Part shown: piece after piece, positions 35,949 to 45,073 of the stretch
Layout: every line of letters starts with the position of its first letter
Position numbering within the stretch: the stretch's first letter is position 1
Assembly (NCBI GenBank): GCA_030609965.1
Contig: JAUWSQ010000002.1
Location: 65,395-129,394, forward strand
Source of the DNA: Candidatus Fermentibacterota bacterium
GTDB taxonomy: Bacteria > Fermentibacterota > Fermentibacteria > Fermentibacterales > JCC-6
Length of the DNA stretch: 64,000 nt
Direction: 5' to 3'
Program-made: the position numbers and the translations under genes
The notes under the pieces: model-generated
Seen by the model: the letters and a program-made list of their open reading frames with translations, nothing else
What the model was told of the DNA's origin: nothing
Database searches by the model: none

Positions 35949-36689
35949 ATGAGAAGGAACATATTGACACTTGCGGTCGCCCTTTTGCTGGTTGCGGCCT
36001 GCGGCAGATCGTACAACACAACAGGTATGAATCTTGACCAGGTAGAAGAACTGGCTGATGAAGCATTCTCGGAGTCCGATTTCACCGGTGCGTCCAGACT
36101 GTATACCGAATTGATGTTCATGTATCCAGGTTCATCCCGGATAGATTTCTATCTGTACCGTCTGGGCATGTCTGAGGCAGGCAGCAGGTACTGGGCCGAT
36201 GCGCTTTTCTATTTTGACAGGGTCGAGAGAGAATATAGCAGAAGCCAGTGGTCTGACGATTGTGCATATCAGTCAGCAATGGTATGGTGGAATCAGCGTC
36301 AGGATTACAGGAAAGATCTTACACCTGTACTGAACTGCAAAGCTGAACTGGAGAATTTCTTCCTTGAATACCCCGGGTCTTCATTGATGGGGGACGCTGA
36401 AAGCCTTCTGGAGGAAGCTCATGGTCACCTTGCCCGAAGAGCGCTTTTCATAGGTCAGTTCTATGCCAGACGAGATAGGTTTGATGCCTCTCTGCTCTAC
36501 CTCAGGGAAGCGCTGAACGATTACGGCGAGACAGATTGCACGGCGGAGGTGTTGATCACTCTTGGAGACATATATTCCACAAAGGGTAACTCATATACCG
36601 CCAGGGATTACTACAGGAGAGCGATGAATGAGTGCGAATTGAGCGAAGAGCAGATCACGGAAGTGCAATGCAAACTGGATGAATTGTGA
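35949..36689 (+). CDS. bamD: Outer membrane protein assembly factor BamD-like TPR lipoprotein
   Basis: Lipobox LLLVAACG, then YfiO-like TPR repeats (A..LY.....YPGS....D......G.....). Confidence 0.55.
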   Translation: MRRNILTLAVALLLVAACGRSYNTTGMNLDQVEELADEAFSESDFTGASRLYTELMFMYPGSSRIDFYLYRLGMSEAGSRYWADALFYFDRVEREYSRSQWSDDCAYQSAMVWWNQRQDYRKDLTPVLNCKAELENFFLEYPGSSLMGDAESLLEEAHGHLARRALFIGQFYARRDRFDASLLYLREALNDYGETDCTAEVLITLGDIYSTKGNSYTARDYYRRAMNECELSEEQITEVQCKLDEL

Positions 36690-36690
36690 A

Positions 36691-37260
36691 ATGACAGGGC
36701 TCCTGGGCGGGACATTTGACCCTCCCCATTTCGGCCATCTTATTCTAGCACTGGAGGCCTATCGTCAGTTTGATCTTGAAGAAGTACTTCTTGTTCCAGC
36801 AAGATTCCCTCCCCATAAACCGGGAAGACTGATAACCTCCTTCGAGCATCGTTTCCGCATGACGGAACTTGCGGCAGCTGATTCACCTGAGTTGACTGCG
36901 GCGGACCTGGAACCTTTCGATGAACCATCATGGACAGTGAATCTCATTGAGAAGCTCAGCGGAACTGGCATGGAGATCTGCTTTATTATGGGTATGGACA
37001 ACCTTGCGGAACTTAATACCTGGAAGGATCCTGAACGCATATCGAAAATGGCTAAAATGGTAGCCGGGACAAGACCCGGATACGAAGCAGAATCTATCGA
37101 TGTGAAGTATAGATCCTTTGTGGAAACATTTATTATCCCCGAAATCAGCATCTCATCATGTGACCTCAGAGACAGGTTTGCCAGAGAGTTCAATACACGC
37201 TATCTTGTGCCTGACAGTGTCAGAAACTACATCAGGGAGAATGGTTTGTATGTCAGATGA
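36691..37260 (+). CDS. nadD: Nicotinate-nucleotide adenylyltransferase
   Basis: GLLGGTFDPPHFGHL (H/TxGH motif), ISSCDLR (ISST-like). Confidence 0.9.
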   Translation: MTGLLGGTFDPPHFGHLILALEAYRQFDLEEVLLVPARFPPHKPGRLITSFEHRFRMTELAAADSPELTAADLEPFDEPSWTVNLIEKLSGTGMEICFIMGMDNLAELNTWKDPERISKMAKMVAGTRPGYEAESIDVKYRSFVETFIIPEISISSCDLRDRFAREFNTRYLVPDSVRNYIRENGLYVR

Positions 37261-38359
37261 AAGGGCTATTGATAAGCTTCTTAATGCTGTGCTTGATGAT
37301 GATGTCAGTGATATGCACTTCAAGGTTGGCAGTAAACCGATAATCAGAAAATCGGGTGAGATAGTACATGTAGATGAATTCTCCACCATGAGGGTCGATC
37401 ATATTCAGCGTCTCATTGGTGAATTGATCACCGAAAGCCAGGCTGAGGAATTTGCCGGTGGCAGCGAACTGGATCTGAGTTACTCCCTTACGGACAAAGC
37501 CAGATTCAGAGTCAACATATATCATCAGCGCGGAACACCGGCGATGGTTATGAGGAAGATCCCTTTCGAAGTTCCGGATCTTGACGATCTGGGCCTTCCC
37601 GAAGTCGTCAAGAGGATTTCCATGAAGCAGAGGGGGCTTGTCCTGGTGACCGGAGCAACGGGAACGGGGAAATCCACAAGCATAGCAGCGATGATAAACC
37701 ATATTAACAAGAATCGTTCAGCACATATCGTAACAATAGAGGACCCGATCGAATTTCTCCACTCCGATATCAATTGCACCATATGCCAGAGGGAAGTGGG
37801 AATTGACACACAGGATTGGAGTACCGGCCTCAGAGCGGTATTCAGACAGGACCCTGATGTAATCCTTATTGGAGAAATGAGGGACGCCGAGTCAATCTCC
37901 ACAGCCCTTATCGGAGCGGAAACAGGGCATCTTGTACTCAGCACGCTCCATACAACCAATGCAATGGAGACGATCTCCAGGGTCATAGATGTATTTCCTC
38001 AGGCGCAGCAGCATCTTATAAGGCTTCAGCTCGGGCAGCTGATTGAAGGGATAGTATCGCAGAGGCTGCTTCAGGCTAAAGATGAGGAGGATGGAAGAGT
38101 ACTTGCTGCAGAGGTTCTTGTTCAATCGTCTACGGTTAACGCGTGCATCATAAATCCCGAAAAAACCTACCTTCTGACCGAAACGATGGAGCAGAGCTAT
38201 TCACAGTACGGAATGCAGACCTTTGATATGGCTCTGTACAATCTTCTTCTGGATGAAAAGATAGACAGGGATACAGCCCTTGCCGCAGCTTCAAATCCCA
38301 CTAAACTCGACCTCAGACTCAAGGGTATAGAGATGGCTTCGGATTGGAGGATGGAATGA
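37250..38359 (+). CDS. pilT: Type IV pilus retraction ATPase, PilT/PilU family
   Basis: Walker A GATGTGKST, Asp box IVTIEDPIEF, Walker B DPDVILIGEMRD, His box TGHLVLSTLHT. Start moved from 37118 to ATG 37250 (37241 is also possible); the upstream part of the ORF overlaps nadD. Confidence 0.85.
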   Translation: MSDERAIDKLLNAVLDDDVSDMHFKVGSKPIIRKSGEIVHVDEFSTMRVDHIQRLIGELITESQAEEFAGGSELDLSYSLTDKARFRVNIYHQRGTPAMVMRKIPFEVPDLDDLGLPEVVKRISMKQRGLVLVTGATGTGKSTSIAAMINHINKNRSAHIVTIEDPIEFLHSDINCTICQREVGIDTQDWSTGLRAVFRQDPDVILIGEMRDAESISTALIGAETGHLVLSTLHTTNAMETISRVIDVFPQAQQHLIRLQLGQLIEGIVSQRLLQAKDEEDGRVLAAEVLVQSSTVNACIINPEKTYLLTETMEQSYSQYGMQTFDMALYNLLLDEKIDRDTALAAASNPTKLDLRLKGIEMASDWRME

Positions 38360-38688
38360 TGCTATTCAATCAGATAGAGATAAGCGCAAATATCGTCCCG
38401 CTTGTCATTACCGGTTTTGCAGTGCTGCTGATCCTGGGGCTTATCCAGCTTTACCTCGGGCTGAAAGCCCAGAAGTCACCGAAGGTGACAGGTGAGCAGG
38501 CAATGATAGGCGAAACGGGGATAATAAGAAAGGCGTCAAGCTTCATGGACAGATCTATCGTTGAGGTGAGAGGTGAACTGTGGTGGTGCCTTCCAGCAGA
38601 TAGATCCACCGTTCTTGAAGATGGGAACGCAGTGAAAATAGTGGGTATTGAACAAGACTCGATGATACTTGAAGTTGATACTGTATAA
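38356..38688 (+). CDS. NfeD-family membrane protein
   Basis: N-terminal TM plus a C-terminal OB-like segment (GETGIIRK...VEVRGELWW...G..V.IVG.E...L.V). Precedes an SPFH gene as is usual. ATGA overlap with the pilT stop (the ORF-track start 38344 is also possible). Confidence 0.7.
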   Translation: MMLFNQIEISANIVPLVITGFAVLLILGLIQLYLGLKAQKSPKVTGEQAMIGETGIIRKASSFMDRSIVEVRGELWWCLPADRSTVLEDGNAVKIVGIEQDSMILEVDTV

Positions 38689-38723
38689 AATTATAAACTG
38701 TCGCAAAGAAGGAGGGAGAGACA

Positions 38724-39485
38724 ATGGGCCCTGGAATTATAGTAGTAGTGGTGATTCTGTTCCTTTTCCTGGCATCTGCACTGAAAGTTCTCAAAGAATA
38801 CCAGAGGGGTGTTATATTCAGGCTGGGTAAGGTGATAAACCTGAAGGGCCCCGGGCTGATAATCGTCTGGCCAATGATCGACAGTATCAGACGGGTTGAT
38901 CTTCGTGTAGTCGCCATGGATGTGCCTCCGCAGGACGTTATAACCCATGACAACGTATCTGTAAGGGTTAACGCAGTTGTTTATTTCAGAGTGATCGACC
39001 CGAAGAAAGCCATTCTGGAAGTGGAAAATTACATCTATGCTACAAGCCAGCTGGCGCAGACTACACTCAGAAGTGTTCTTGGAGAGGCAACACTGGATGA
39101 GCTTCTTTCCAAGAGGGACGAGATCAACTCCAAGCTTCAGGACATACTTGACAGAATGACCGATCCGTGGGGCATAAAGGTCAGCACCGTAGAGGTTAAG
39201 CATGTAGACCTTCCAGAAGACATGCAGAGGGTAATGGCAAAACAGGCCGAGGCGGAGAGGGACAGAAGAGCCAAGATAATACGGGCAGATGCTGAATTCC
39301 AGGCTGCCGCAAAGCTTGCCGAAGCCGCTGATATTATCGATGCTCATCCAGTTGCCCTGCAGCTTCGATACCTGCAGACGCTTTCGGAAATAGCGGTGGA
39401 GAATAATTCCACAACGATATTCCCGCTGCCAATAGAGCTTCTTAAACCCTTCTTAAAGAACCTCAACCGCGGGGACAAGGAATAA
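38724..39485 (+). CDS. SPFH/Band-7 stomatin-like protein
   Basis: [17 protein letters not shown]...DLR...[25 protein letters not shown], with a coiled-coil [11 protein letters not shown] tail. Confidence 0.9.
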   Translation: MGPGIIVVVVILFLFLASALKVLKEYQRGVIFRLGKVINLKGPGLIIVWPMIDSIRRVDLRVVAMDVPPQDVITHDNVSVRVNAVVYFRVIDPKKAILEVENYIYATSQLAQTTLRSVLGEATLDELLSKRDEINSKLQDILDRMTDPWGIKVSTVEVKHVDLPEDMQRVMAKQAEAERDRRAKIIRADAEFQAAAKLAEAADIIDAHPVALQLRYLQTLSEIAVENNSTTIFPLPIELLKPFLKNLNRGDKE

Positions 39486-39488
39486 GCT

Positions 39489-40358
39489 GTGTTCGGCGGT
39501 GCGATAACTGCCCTGGTTACCCCTTTTCGGAACGGGGCTGTGGACGAAGACGCGCTGAGAAGCCTGGTGAACTGGCAGATAGAAAAGGGAATAGACGGCC
39601 TGCTGGCCTGCGGATGTACCGGTGAAGCTGCAACTCTAACCACTGCGGAACAGCTGCTGGTGATCGAAAAGGTAATGGAGGCGGCGGGAGGAAGGGTTCC
39701 CGTGATCGCGGGTACTGGAACGAACGCTACAGCCTCATCGATAGACCTCTCAAAGGAAGCAGACTCCATGGGTGTTGATGGAGTACTCCTGATAACACCT
39801 TACTACAATAAACCTACTCCAAAGGGGCAGATCGAACATTACACAAAGGTTGCCGACGCAGTTGACTGTCCAGTGATACTCTACAATGTGCCCGGCCGGA
39901 CAGGTACGAACATTCTGCCGGAGACGATTGCAGTGCTTTCAAAGCATCCCCGTATTGTGGCCATCAAGGACGCAGCCGGTTCCGCCGAGCGTGTCACCGC
40001 TATCAGTAACCTCTGTGACATCACGATATTAAGCGGTGATGATGCACTCGTAATGGCTCAGGTTGCCCTGGGGGGTTCGGGGGTTATCTCTGTGGTTTCC
40101 AATATAGCCCCATCTGAAATGTCGGACCTGGTTTCACTTACAGCAGCCGGTAAGCTTGATCCCGCCCGTGCATTGCAGGCGAGGCTATATCCTGTGATAA
40201 AGGCGATGTTCCTTGAAACAAACCCCATCCCTGTGAAAAAAGCTCTCTCTTTGATGGGTATGATAAGTGACGAACTCCGTCTTCCACTGGTTTCAATGAA
40301 CGAGGAACTGGTTCCGGAGTTATCAAAAGTGCTGGAAAAAGCCGAAATCCTCCGATGA
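39489..40358 (+). CDS. dapA: 4-hydroxy-tetrahydrodipicolinate synthase
   Basis: GCTGEAATLT, LYNVPGRTG, IVAIKDAAG (Schiff-base Lys). GTG start. Confidence 0.9.
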   Translation: MFGGAITALVTPFRNGAVDEDALRSLVNWQIEKGIDGLLACGCTGEAATLTTAEQLLVIEKVMEAAGGRVPVIAGTGTNATASSIDLSKEADSMGVDGVLLITPYYNKPTPKGQIEHYTKVADAVDCPVILYNVPGRTGTNILPETIAVLSKHPRIVAIKDAAGSAERVTAISNLCDITILSGDDALVMAQVALGGSGVISVVSNIAPSEMSDLVSLTAAGKLDPARALQARLYPVIKAMFLETNPIPVKKALSLMGMISDELRLPLVSMNEELVPELSKVLEKAEILR

Positions 40359-41089
40359 AGCTATGCGTATTCGGCAGCTCTGGCAGAATGGGCAGGCTTG
40401 TGCGGGAGGAAGCTGGCGATTCGGTTATAGCTTGCTATGACGTAATTCCACCCGGCATAAAGGTCGATGTTCCACTTCCGGAAGAGGTCGATGTGGTTAT
40501 TGATTTCTCCCTGCCTTCAGCATGGAAGGATCTGGACAGACTGCTCTCCGGAAGCTCCACTGCGCTCGTTACCGGCACAACCGGACTGGGTGACCGCGAG
40601 ATGGAAATGCTTGCAAGGTGGGCGAAGGCTCGGGCAGTTTTCGCTTCATCGAATATGAGCGTTGGTATTTACGTACTCGGGAAGCTATTGTCATATGCAG
40701 GTGAGATGCTGGCAGGTGAATTTGATCTTGAAATCGTTGAATGCCATCACTCGGGTAAGATTGACAGTCCCAGTGGAACCGCTCTGACCTTTGCTGAAAT
40801 CTGGGAAAACAGTGGCGGCGGCAGCCGGAGAGTATTCGGCAGGTCCGGTGCTGCGGGACCCAGGATTCCCGGTGAAACGGGAATTCACTCTTTGCGGGGC
40901 GGAGACGTGGCGGGTGATCATCAGCTGCATCTTCTGGGGAAAGGGGAAAGGCTTACGCTTTCCCACTCGGCAACTGGAAGGCGGACATTCGTAACTGGCG
41001 CTCTCAAGGCGGCAGAATTTATAAATGGAAAAGCACCAGGCATATACACGATGGATGATCTGGTGCGGAGAAACGGGACAGGAGAATGA
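40355..41089 (+). CDS. dapB: 4-hydroxy-tetrahydrodipicolinate reductase
   Basis: VFGSSGRMGR, ECHHSGKIDSPSGTAL. ATGA overlap with dapA. Confidence 0.9.
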   Translation: MKLCVFGSSGRMGRLVREEAGDSVIACYDVIPPGIKVDVPLPEEVDVVIDFSLPSAWKDLDRLLSGSSTALVTGTTGLGDREMEMLARWAKARAVFASSNMSVGIYVLGKLLSYAGEMLAGEFDLEIVECHHSGKIDSPSGTALTFAEIWENSGGGSRRVFGRSGAAGPRIPGETGIHSLRGGDVAGDHQLHLLGKGERLTLSHSATGRRTFVTGALKAAEFINGKAPGIYTMDDLVRRNGTGE

Positions 41090-41901
41090 TCCGGAAACCG
41101 GCTGTGGCAGGGATGTTCTACCCTTCCGACAGGGAAACTCTCGACGAGCTTGTCAGTTCATTCATATCCGGGTCTGGCAGGCAGGCCGATGATCTTATAA
41201 CAGGCATTGTCAGCCCCCATGCGGGATACATTTACTCCGGGGCTGTGGCAGGGGCAGCGTTTGCATCCGCTCCGGACGATGTAAGGAACGTTATAGTTAT
41301 TGCTCCTGCCCACCGTTATCCTGTGATAGGCTCTTCGGTGTACAATGGAGAGGGTTACGAAACACCTCTGGGAACAGCACCGGTACAGAAGGAGATAACA
41401 TCCCGGCTTCTTGGGGCAGGGCTGACATTCCAGCCTCTGGCTCACCTGGGTGAACACTCGGCGGAGGTACAGATACCGTTCATTCAGGTCAGATGGCCTG
41501 ACTCCTCTATTGTAGTAATTCTTCAGGGATCCGTTTCAGCTGATTATTCAAGGCAACTGGCGGAGATTATCTCCGAGGCTGCGCGGGGTTTTGATAATAC
41601 CCTGATAGTTGCGTCAACTGATCTTTCTCACTTTCATTCGCTCGATACTGCGGAGAAAAAGGACAGGAAGATCATTGATGCATTCGTAAGCGGAAATCCT
41701 CCGAATATGGAGGTGGCCCTTCAGCAGGGCGGTGAAGCATGCGGTAGAGGCTCCATCCTTACACTTATGTATTATGCCGTTCTCATGAACCAGACAAGGT
41801 TCGGGGAGATAATATGGGACACATCCGCTTGCGCAAGCGGGGACAGAAGCTCTGTCGTCGGTTACTTCGCTGGCTACTGCGGCGGGGAGGCCGGGAAATG
41901 A
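41086..41901 (+). CDS. amrB: AmmeMemoRadiSam system protein B (MEMO1 family)
   Basis: KPAVAGMFYP......L, SPHAGYIYSG, DLSHFH. ATGA overlap with dapB. Confidence 0.85.
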   Translation: MIRKPAVAGMFYPSDRETLDELVSSFISGSGRQADDLITGIVSPHAGYIYSGAVAGAAFASAPDDVRNVIVIAPAHRYPVIGSSVYNGEGYETPLGTAPVQKEITSRLLGAGLTFQPLAHLGEHSAEVQIPFIQVRWPDSSIVVILQGSVSADYSRQLAEIISEAARGFDNTLIVASTDLSHFHSLDTAEKKDRKIIDAFVSGNPPNMEVALQQGGEACGRGSILTLMYYAVLMNQTRFGEIIWDTSACASGDRSSVVGYFAGYCGGEAGK

Positions 41902-42449
41902 CATTGGAGGCTGACAGAAACAGTATCATCGATCTTGCCAGGAAGGCTATCTTTGCTGCCGCTTCAGGGGATCCGCTTCCCGCATTACCCGATGGAGATA
42001 TTTTCAGGAGAGAGGGAGGCGCCTTCGTAACCATTAAGAAGAACGGCGCTCTGAGAGGGTGCATAGGACATTTCATCGGAACGGGATCACTCGGGAAGAC
42101 GATAATTGAGATGGCCGCCTCTGCAGCCGTTCGGGATCCGAGGTTTTCTCCAGTGGAACCAGATGAAGTCGATGATCTTGAAATCGATATATCTCTACTT
42201 ACTCCCATGATCCCCGCGGACCCGGAGGATGTCATTCCCGGGGAACATGGCGTTTACATTAAGTTCGGATTCAGATCTGGAACACTTCTTCCACAGGTTG
42301 CCACCGAGACCGGCTGGGATCGGGAAACCTTTCTGTCTCATACGTGCCTCAAGGCCGGACTTCCGTCCGACTGCTGGAAGCGGGATGATGTTCAGATATT
42401 TACTTACACCGCAGAAGTATTCTGCGAAAAAGGAGAAGACACCGTATGA
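41898..42449 (+). CDS. amrA: AmmeMemoRadiSam system protein A (AMMECR1 domain)
   Basis: GAFVTIKKNGALRGCIGHF, DPRF.PV. Start moved from 41814 to ATG 41898 (ATGA overlap with amrB). Confidence 0.85.
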   Translation: MTLEADRNSIIDLARKAIFAAASGDPLPALPDGDIFRREGGAFVTIKKNGALRGCIGHFIGTGSLGKTIIEMAASAAVRDPRFSPVEPDEVDDLEIDISLLTPMIPADPEDVIPGEHGVYIKFGFRSGTLLPQVATETGWDRETFLSHTCLKAGLPSDCWKRDDVQIFTYTAEVFCEKGEDTV

Positions 42450-43024
42450 AGTACTTTCTTATTTTTGCAGTGATTCTGCTGCTGGGATGCAGCATGCCGG
42501 GAGTCGGAGAGCTTGAGGAAAGAGTTGATGAACTTGAAGATGTAACGGCCTACGATGATTCTGATATTGTAGAGCAGGTTTACAAGCTCGAGGGAGATAT
42601 TGAAATAATCGATGAAAGGGTAACTGCTCTTGAACACGGCGACGTATCAGATATCACACATGTCACTACAGAGCTCAGAACTCCACCTGATACTTCTGAC
42701 CCGGAACCTGAGATTGAAAAAGTACTTGTTATCTCGGATATCGAGGGTCTGCAGGATTCACTGGATATTCTAAGTACAAATTTTTCAGACAGCATTACCG
42801 TACTTGATGAATCCATTGAGTTACTTGTTCTTTCACTGGACAGCCTTACAATGGAAAACGATTCGCTGAGAGTCGATCTTGATGATCTTCAGGATAGGGT
42901 TGCCAGCCTCAGTTATACCGTAGAGAACATGCGGTATGCAGAAACAGGATCTGGTTCTTCAACCGGTGGCAGAAGCAGCTCGACCAGTAGCGGAACCACT
43001 GGAACTACAGGCACCGGTCGCTGA
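42446..43024 (+). CDS. Acidic coiled-coil lipoprotein with a Ser/Thr/Gly-rich C-terminal tail
   Basis: Lipobox ILLLGCS, heptad-like acidic repeats, tail GSGSSTGGRSSSTSSGTTGTTGTGR. ATGA overlap with amrA. Confidence 0.55.
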   Translation: MKYFLIFAVILLLGCSMPGVGELEERVDELEDVTAYDDSDIVEQVYKLEGDIEIIDERVTALEHGDVSDITHVTTELRTPPDTSDPEPEIEKVLVISDIEGLQDSLDILSTNFSDSITVLDESIELLVLSLDSLTMENDSLRVDLDDLQDRVASLSYTVENMRYAETGSGSSTGGRSSSTSSGTTGTTGTGR

Positions 43025-43047
43025 CAGTAATATTTCTATAATTCTAT

Positions 43048-43082
43048 GAAGCGGTGACATCAAGAATATATGTCACCGCTTC
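43048..43082. terminator. Bidirectional hairpin between convergent genes
   Basis: Perfect 13-bp stem GAAGCGGTGACAT (43048-43060) / ATGTCACCGCTTC (43070-43082), 9-nt loop. Confidence 0.65.
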
Positions 43083-43111
43083 TAATTATGGAACCATTTT
43101 GTACTTCGGAG

Positions 43112-44341
43112 TTATTTGAAGATAATTCTGCAATACCGTTTCTTACCGGCTCGGAGGAGTATGCGTTCGGGTGTGTTCTCAGGATCGAGATTCTCAACGG
43201 GATCGCTTATTCGATTGTTTTCAATGTAAAGGCCACCCTGTTTGGCAAGTCTCCTGACCTCACCTCTGCTTGGACACAGACCGGTCTCAACGAAAAGGTC
43301 AAGGCATGATATGCCTTTCACGAGCCTTTCAGCAGGGATTTCAAGACTGGGAACGTCCTCCTGATCACCGTTTCCGGCGAAGAGCGCGCGCGATGCTTTC
43401 TCCGCCTTTAGAGCTTCCTCTCTGCCGTGAGTCAGTGTTGTAGCCTCAAAGGCAAGCCTTTCCTTGACCAATCTTATCTCAGCTCCTTCGAGGAGTGAGA
43501 GTTTTTCTATTTCAACCATGGAAATGAAGGTGTACAGTTTCAGAAAATAGATGGCATCTTTATCATTTACGTTAATCCAGAACTGATAGTACTCGTAGGG
43601 GCTGGTCAGGGATGGATCAAGCCATACGGCACCGCCCGCCTGGGATTTACTCATTTTTTCACCGGAGGCGGTTGTAACCAGCGGGCATGTGAAGCCCCAT
43701 GTTTCAGTGCTTTCCGAACGCCTGATAAGGTCGATACCTGCTACGATGTTGCCCCACTGGTCTGAACCGCCAACCTGAAGAACACAGCCGTAGCAGCGGT
43801 GAAGGTGAAGATAATCGTAAGCCTGAAGAACGCTGTAATTGAACTCAAGGAATGAAATACCTGTCTCCAGCCTGAGTTTTACCGACTCAGCGGACAGCAT
43901 CCTGTTAACACTGAAATGCCGTCCGATATCCCTGAGGAAGTTTATATGGTTAAGTTCCGAGAGCCAGCTATGATTGTCAAGAAGTATAGCTTTGTTATCC
44001 TGTGATTTGAAATCAAGAAAGTGTTCCATCTGCGTGGAGATGGAGTCAGCCCAGGTGGAAATGGTTTCTTCCGATTCGAAGGGCCGTTCAGCGCTTCTGC
44101 ATGAAGGGTCACCTACAAGCGCTGTTCCTCCGCCAACGACAATGATAGGTTTATGTCCTTCATTCTGAAGATGTCTGGCAATCATAAGGGGAACCAGGTG
44201 CCCAAGGTGCAGGCTGCCCGCTGTTGCGTCAAAACCTATATAGAAACTCAGAGGGGAGCCATCAAGAAGCTCTACAAGCTTCTCTTCAGCTGTCATCTGG
44301 TAGATAAGTCCTCTTTCGCTGAGTTTTCTAAATAATTCCAA
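43112..44341 (-). CDS. tyrS: Tyrosine--tRNA ligase
   Basis: HIGH-type SLHLGH, KMSKS, C-terminal S4 domain. Start re-set to TTG 44341 (MELFRKLSERGLIYQ...), preceded by AAGGGAG with a 6-nt spacer. The ORF-track extension to 44644 would overlap upp. Confidence 0.9.
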   Translation of the reverse strand: MELFRKLSERGLIYQMTAEEKLVELLDGSPLSFYIGFDATAGSLHLGHLVPLMIARHLQNEGHKPIIVVGGGTALVGDPSCRSAERPFESEETISTWADSISTQMEHFLDFKSQDNKAILLDNHSWLSELNHINFLRDIGRHFSVNRMLSAESVKLRLETGISFLEFNYSVLQAYDYLHLHRCYGCVLQVGGSDQWGNIVAGIDLIRRSESTETWGFTCPLVTTASGEKMSKSQAGGAVWLDPSLTSPYEYYQFWINVNDKDAIYFLKLYTFISMVEIEKLSLLEGAEIRLVKERLAFEATTLTHGREEALKAEKASRALFAGNGDQEDVPSLEIPAERLVKGISCLDLFVETGLCPSRGEVRRLAKQGGLYIENNRISDPVENLDPENTPERILLRAGKKRYCRIIFK

Positions 44342-44432
44342 GGTCGGCTCCCTTCGGCTGACTGGCAATACAGTCTCAGGGTGTTTATGTTTTCGACTGC
44401 TCGTAACACAGAACATAATACTGGAGAGAAAT

Positions 44433-45050
44433 ATGGAAACCATTGAATTTGAACATCCCGTTGCAAGAAGTATTCTGACAAAAATGAGAGACCGCCGGAC
44501 TCCGTCTGATGAATTCAGAAAACTTGCATACAGGCTTGCTTTCATGCTTGCGGTGGAAGCGACAAGAGACCTTGGAACGCTGCCTCTACCCGTTGAAACC
44601 CCGATGGAGAGCACCTTCGGTGAAGAGTGCGCCGAGTATCCCATGCTTCTTCCTGTAATGAGAGCGGGACTGGGGCTTCTTGCGCCCTTTCAGGAACTCC
44701 TTCCGGAATCTCCTGTAGCTTTCATAGCAATGAAAAGGGATGAAAAGACGGGTGAGGCTGAATGGCTCTACGATTCCATCCAGAATCTCCAGGGAAGGGA
44801 CCTCATCATTCTGGACCCTATGCTTGCGACCGCGGGAACAGCCAGGAGCGTAATCGACTATGTTCTGGCAAAGGGGGCGGAGAGCATAACAATGGTAAGC
44901 ATTGTCGCGTCACCCGAAGGAATATACAGACTGAGGGATTACGATAATCTTACATTCATAACCGTATCCGTCGACAGGGAACTCGATGCGAACTGGTTCA
45001 TACTTCCGGGGCTTGGGGATTTTGGCGACAGGCTTTACAGAGGAAGATAA
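44433..45050 (+). CDS. upp: Uracil phosphoribosyltransferase
   Basis: HPVA..ILT.MRD..T....FR....., and the PRPP loop LIILDPMLATAGTA. Confidence 0.9.
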   Translation: METIEFEHPVARSILTKMRDRRTPSDEFRKLAYRLAFMLAVEATRDLGTLPLPVETPMESTFGEECAEYPMLLPVMRAGLGLLAPFQELLPESPVAFIAMKRDEKTGEAEWLYDSIQNLQGRDLIILDPMLATAGTARSVIDYVLAKGAESITMVSIVASPEGIYRLRDYDNLTFITVSVDRELDANWFILPGLGDFGDRLYRGR

Positions 45051-45073
45051 CGCAGCAGAACTGTGATTTAGGG

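Noticed and set aside
37118-37249. The ORF-track starts of pilT (37118), amrA (41814), pilR (2635), pilin 1 (5567) and pilin 2 (21913) as true starts
   Set aside because: Each extension overlaps the preceding gene or lacks an RBS. Internal ATGs with RBS or ATGA coupling give N-termini matching the families.
44342-44644. The ORF-track 5' extension of tyrS to 44644 (510 aa), overlapping the upp start
   Set aside because: The TyrS homology begins at ...LELFRKLSERGLIYQ. TTG 44341 has an AAGGGAG RBS at ideal spacing. The extension has no TyrS-like sequence and would run through the divergent upp start region.
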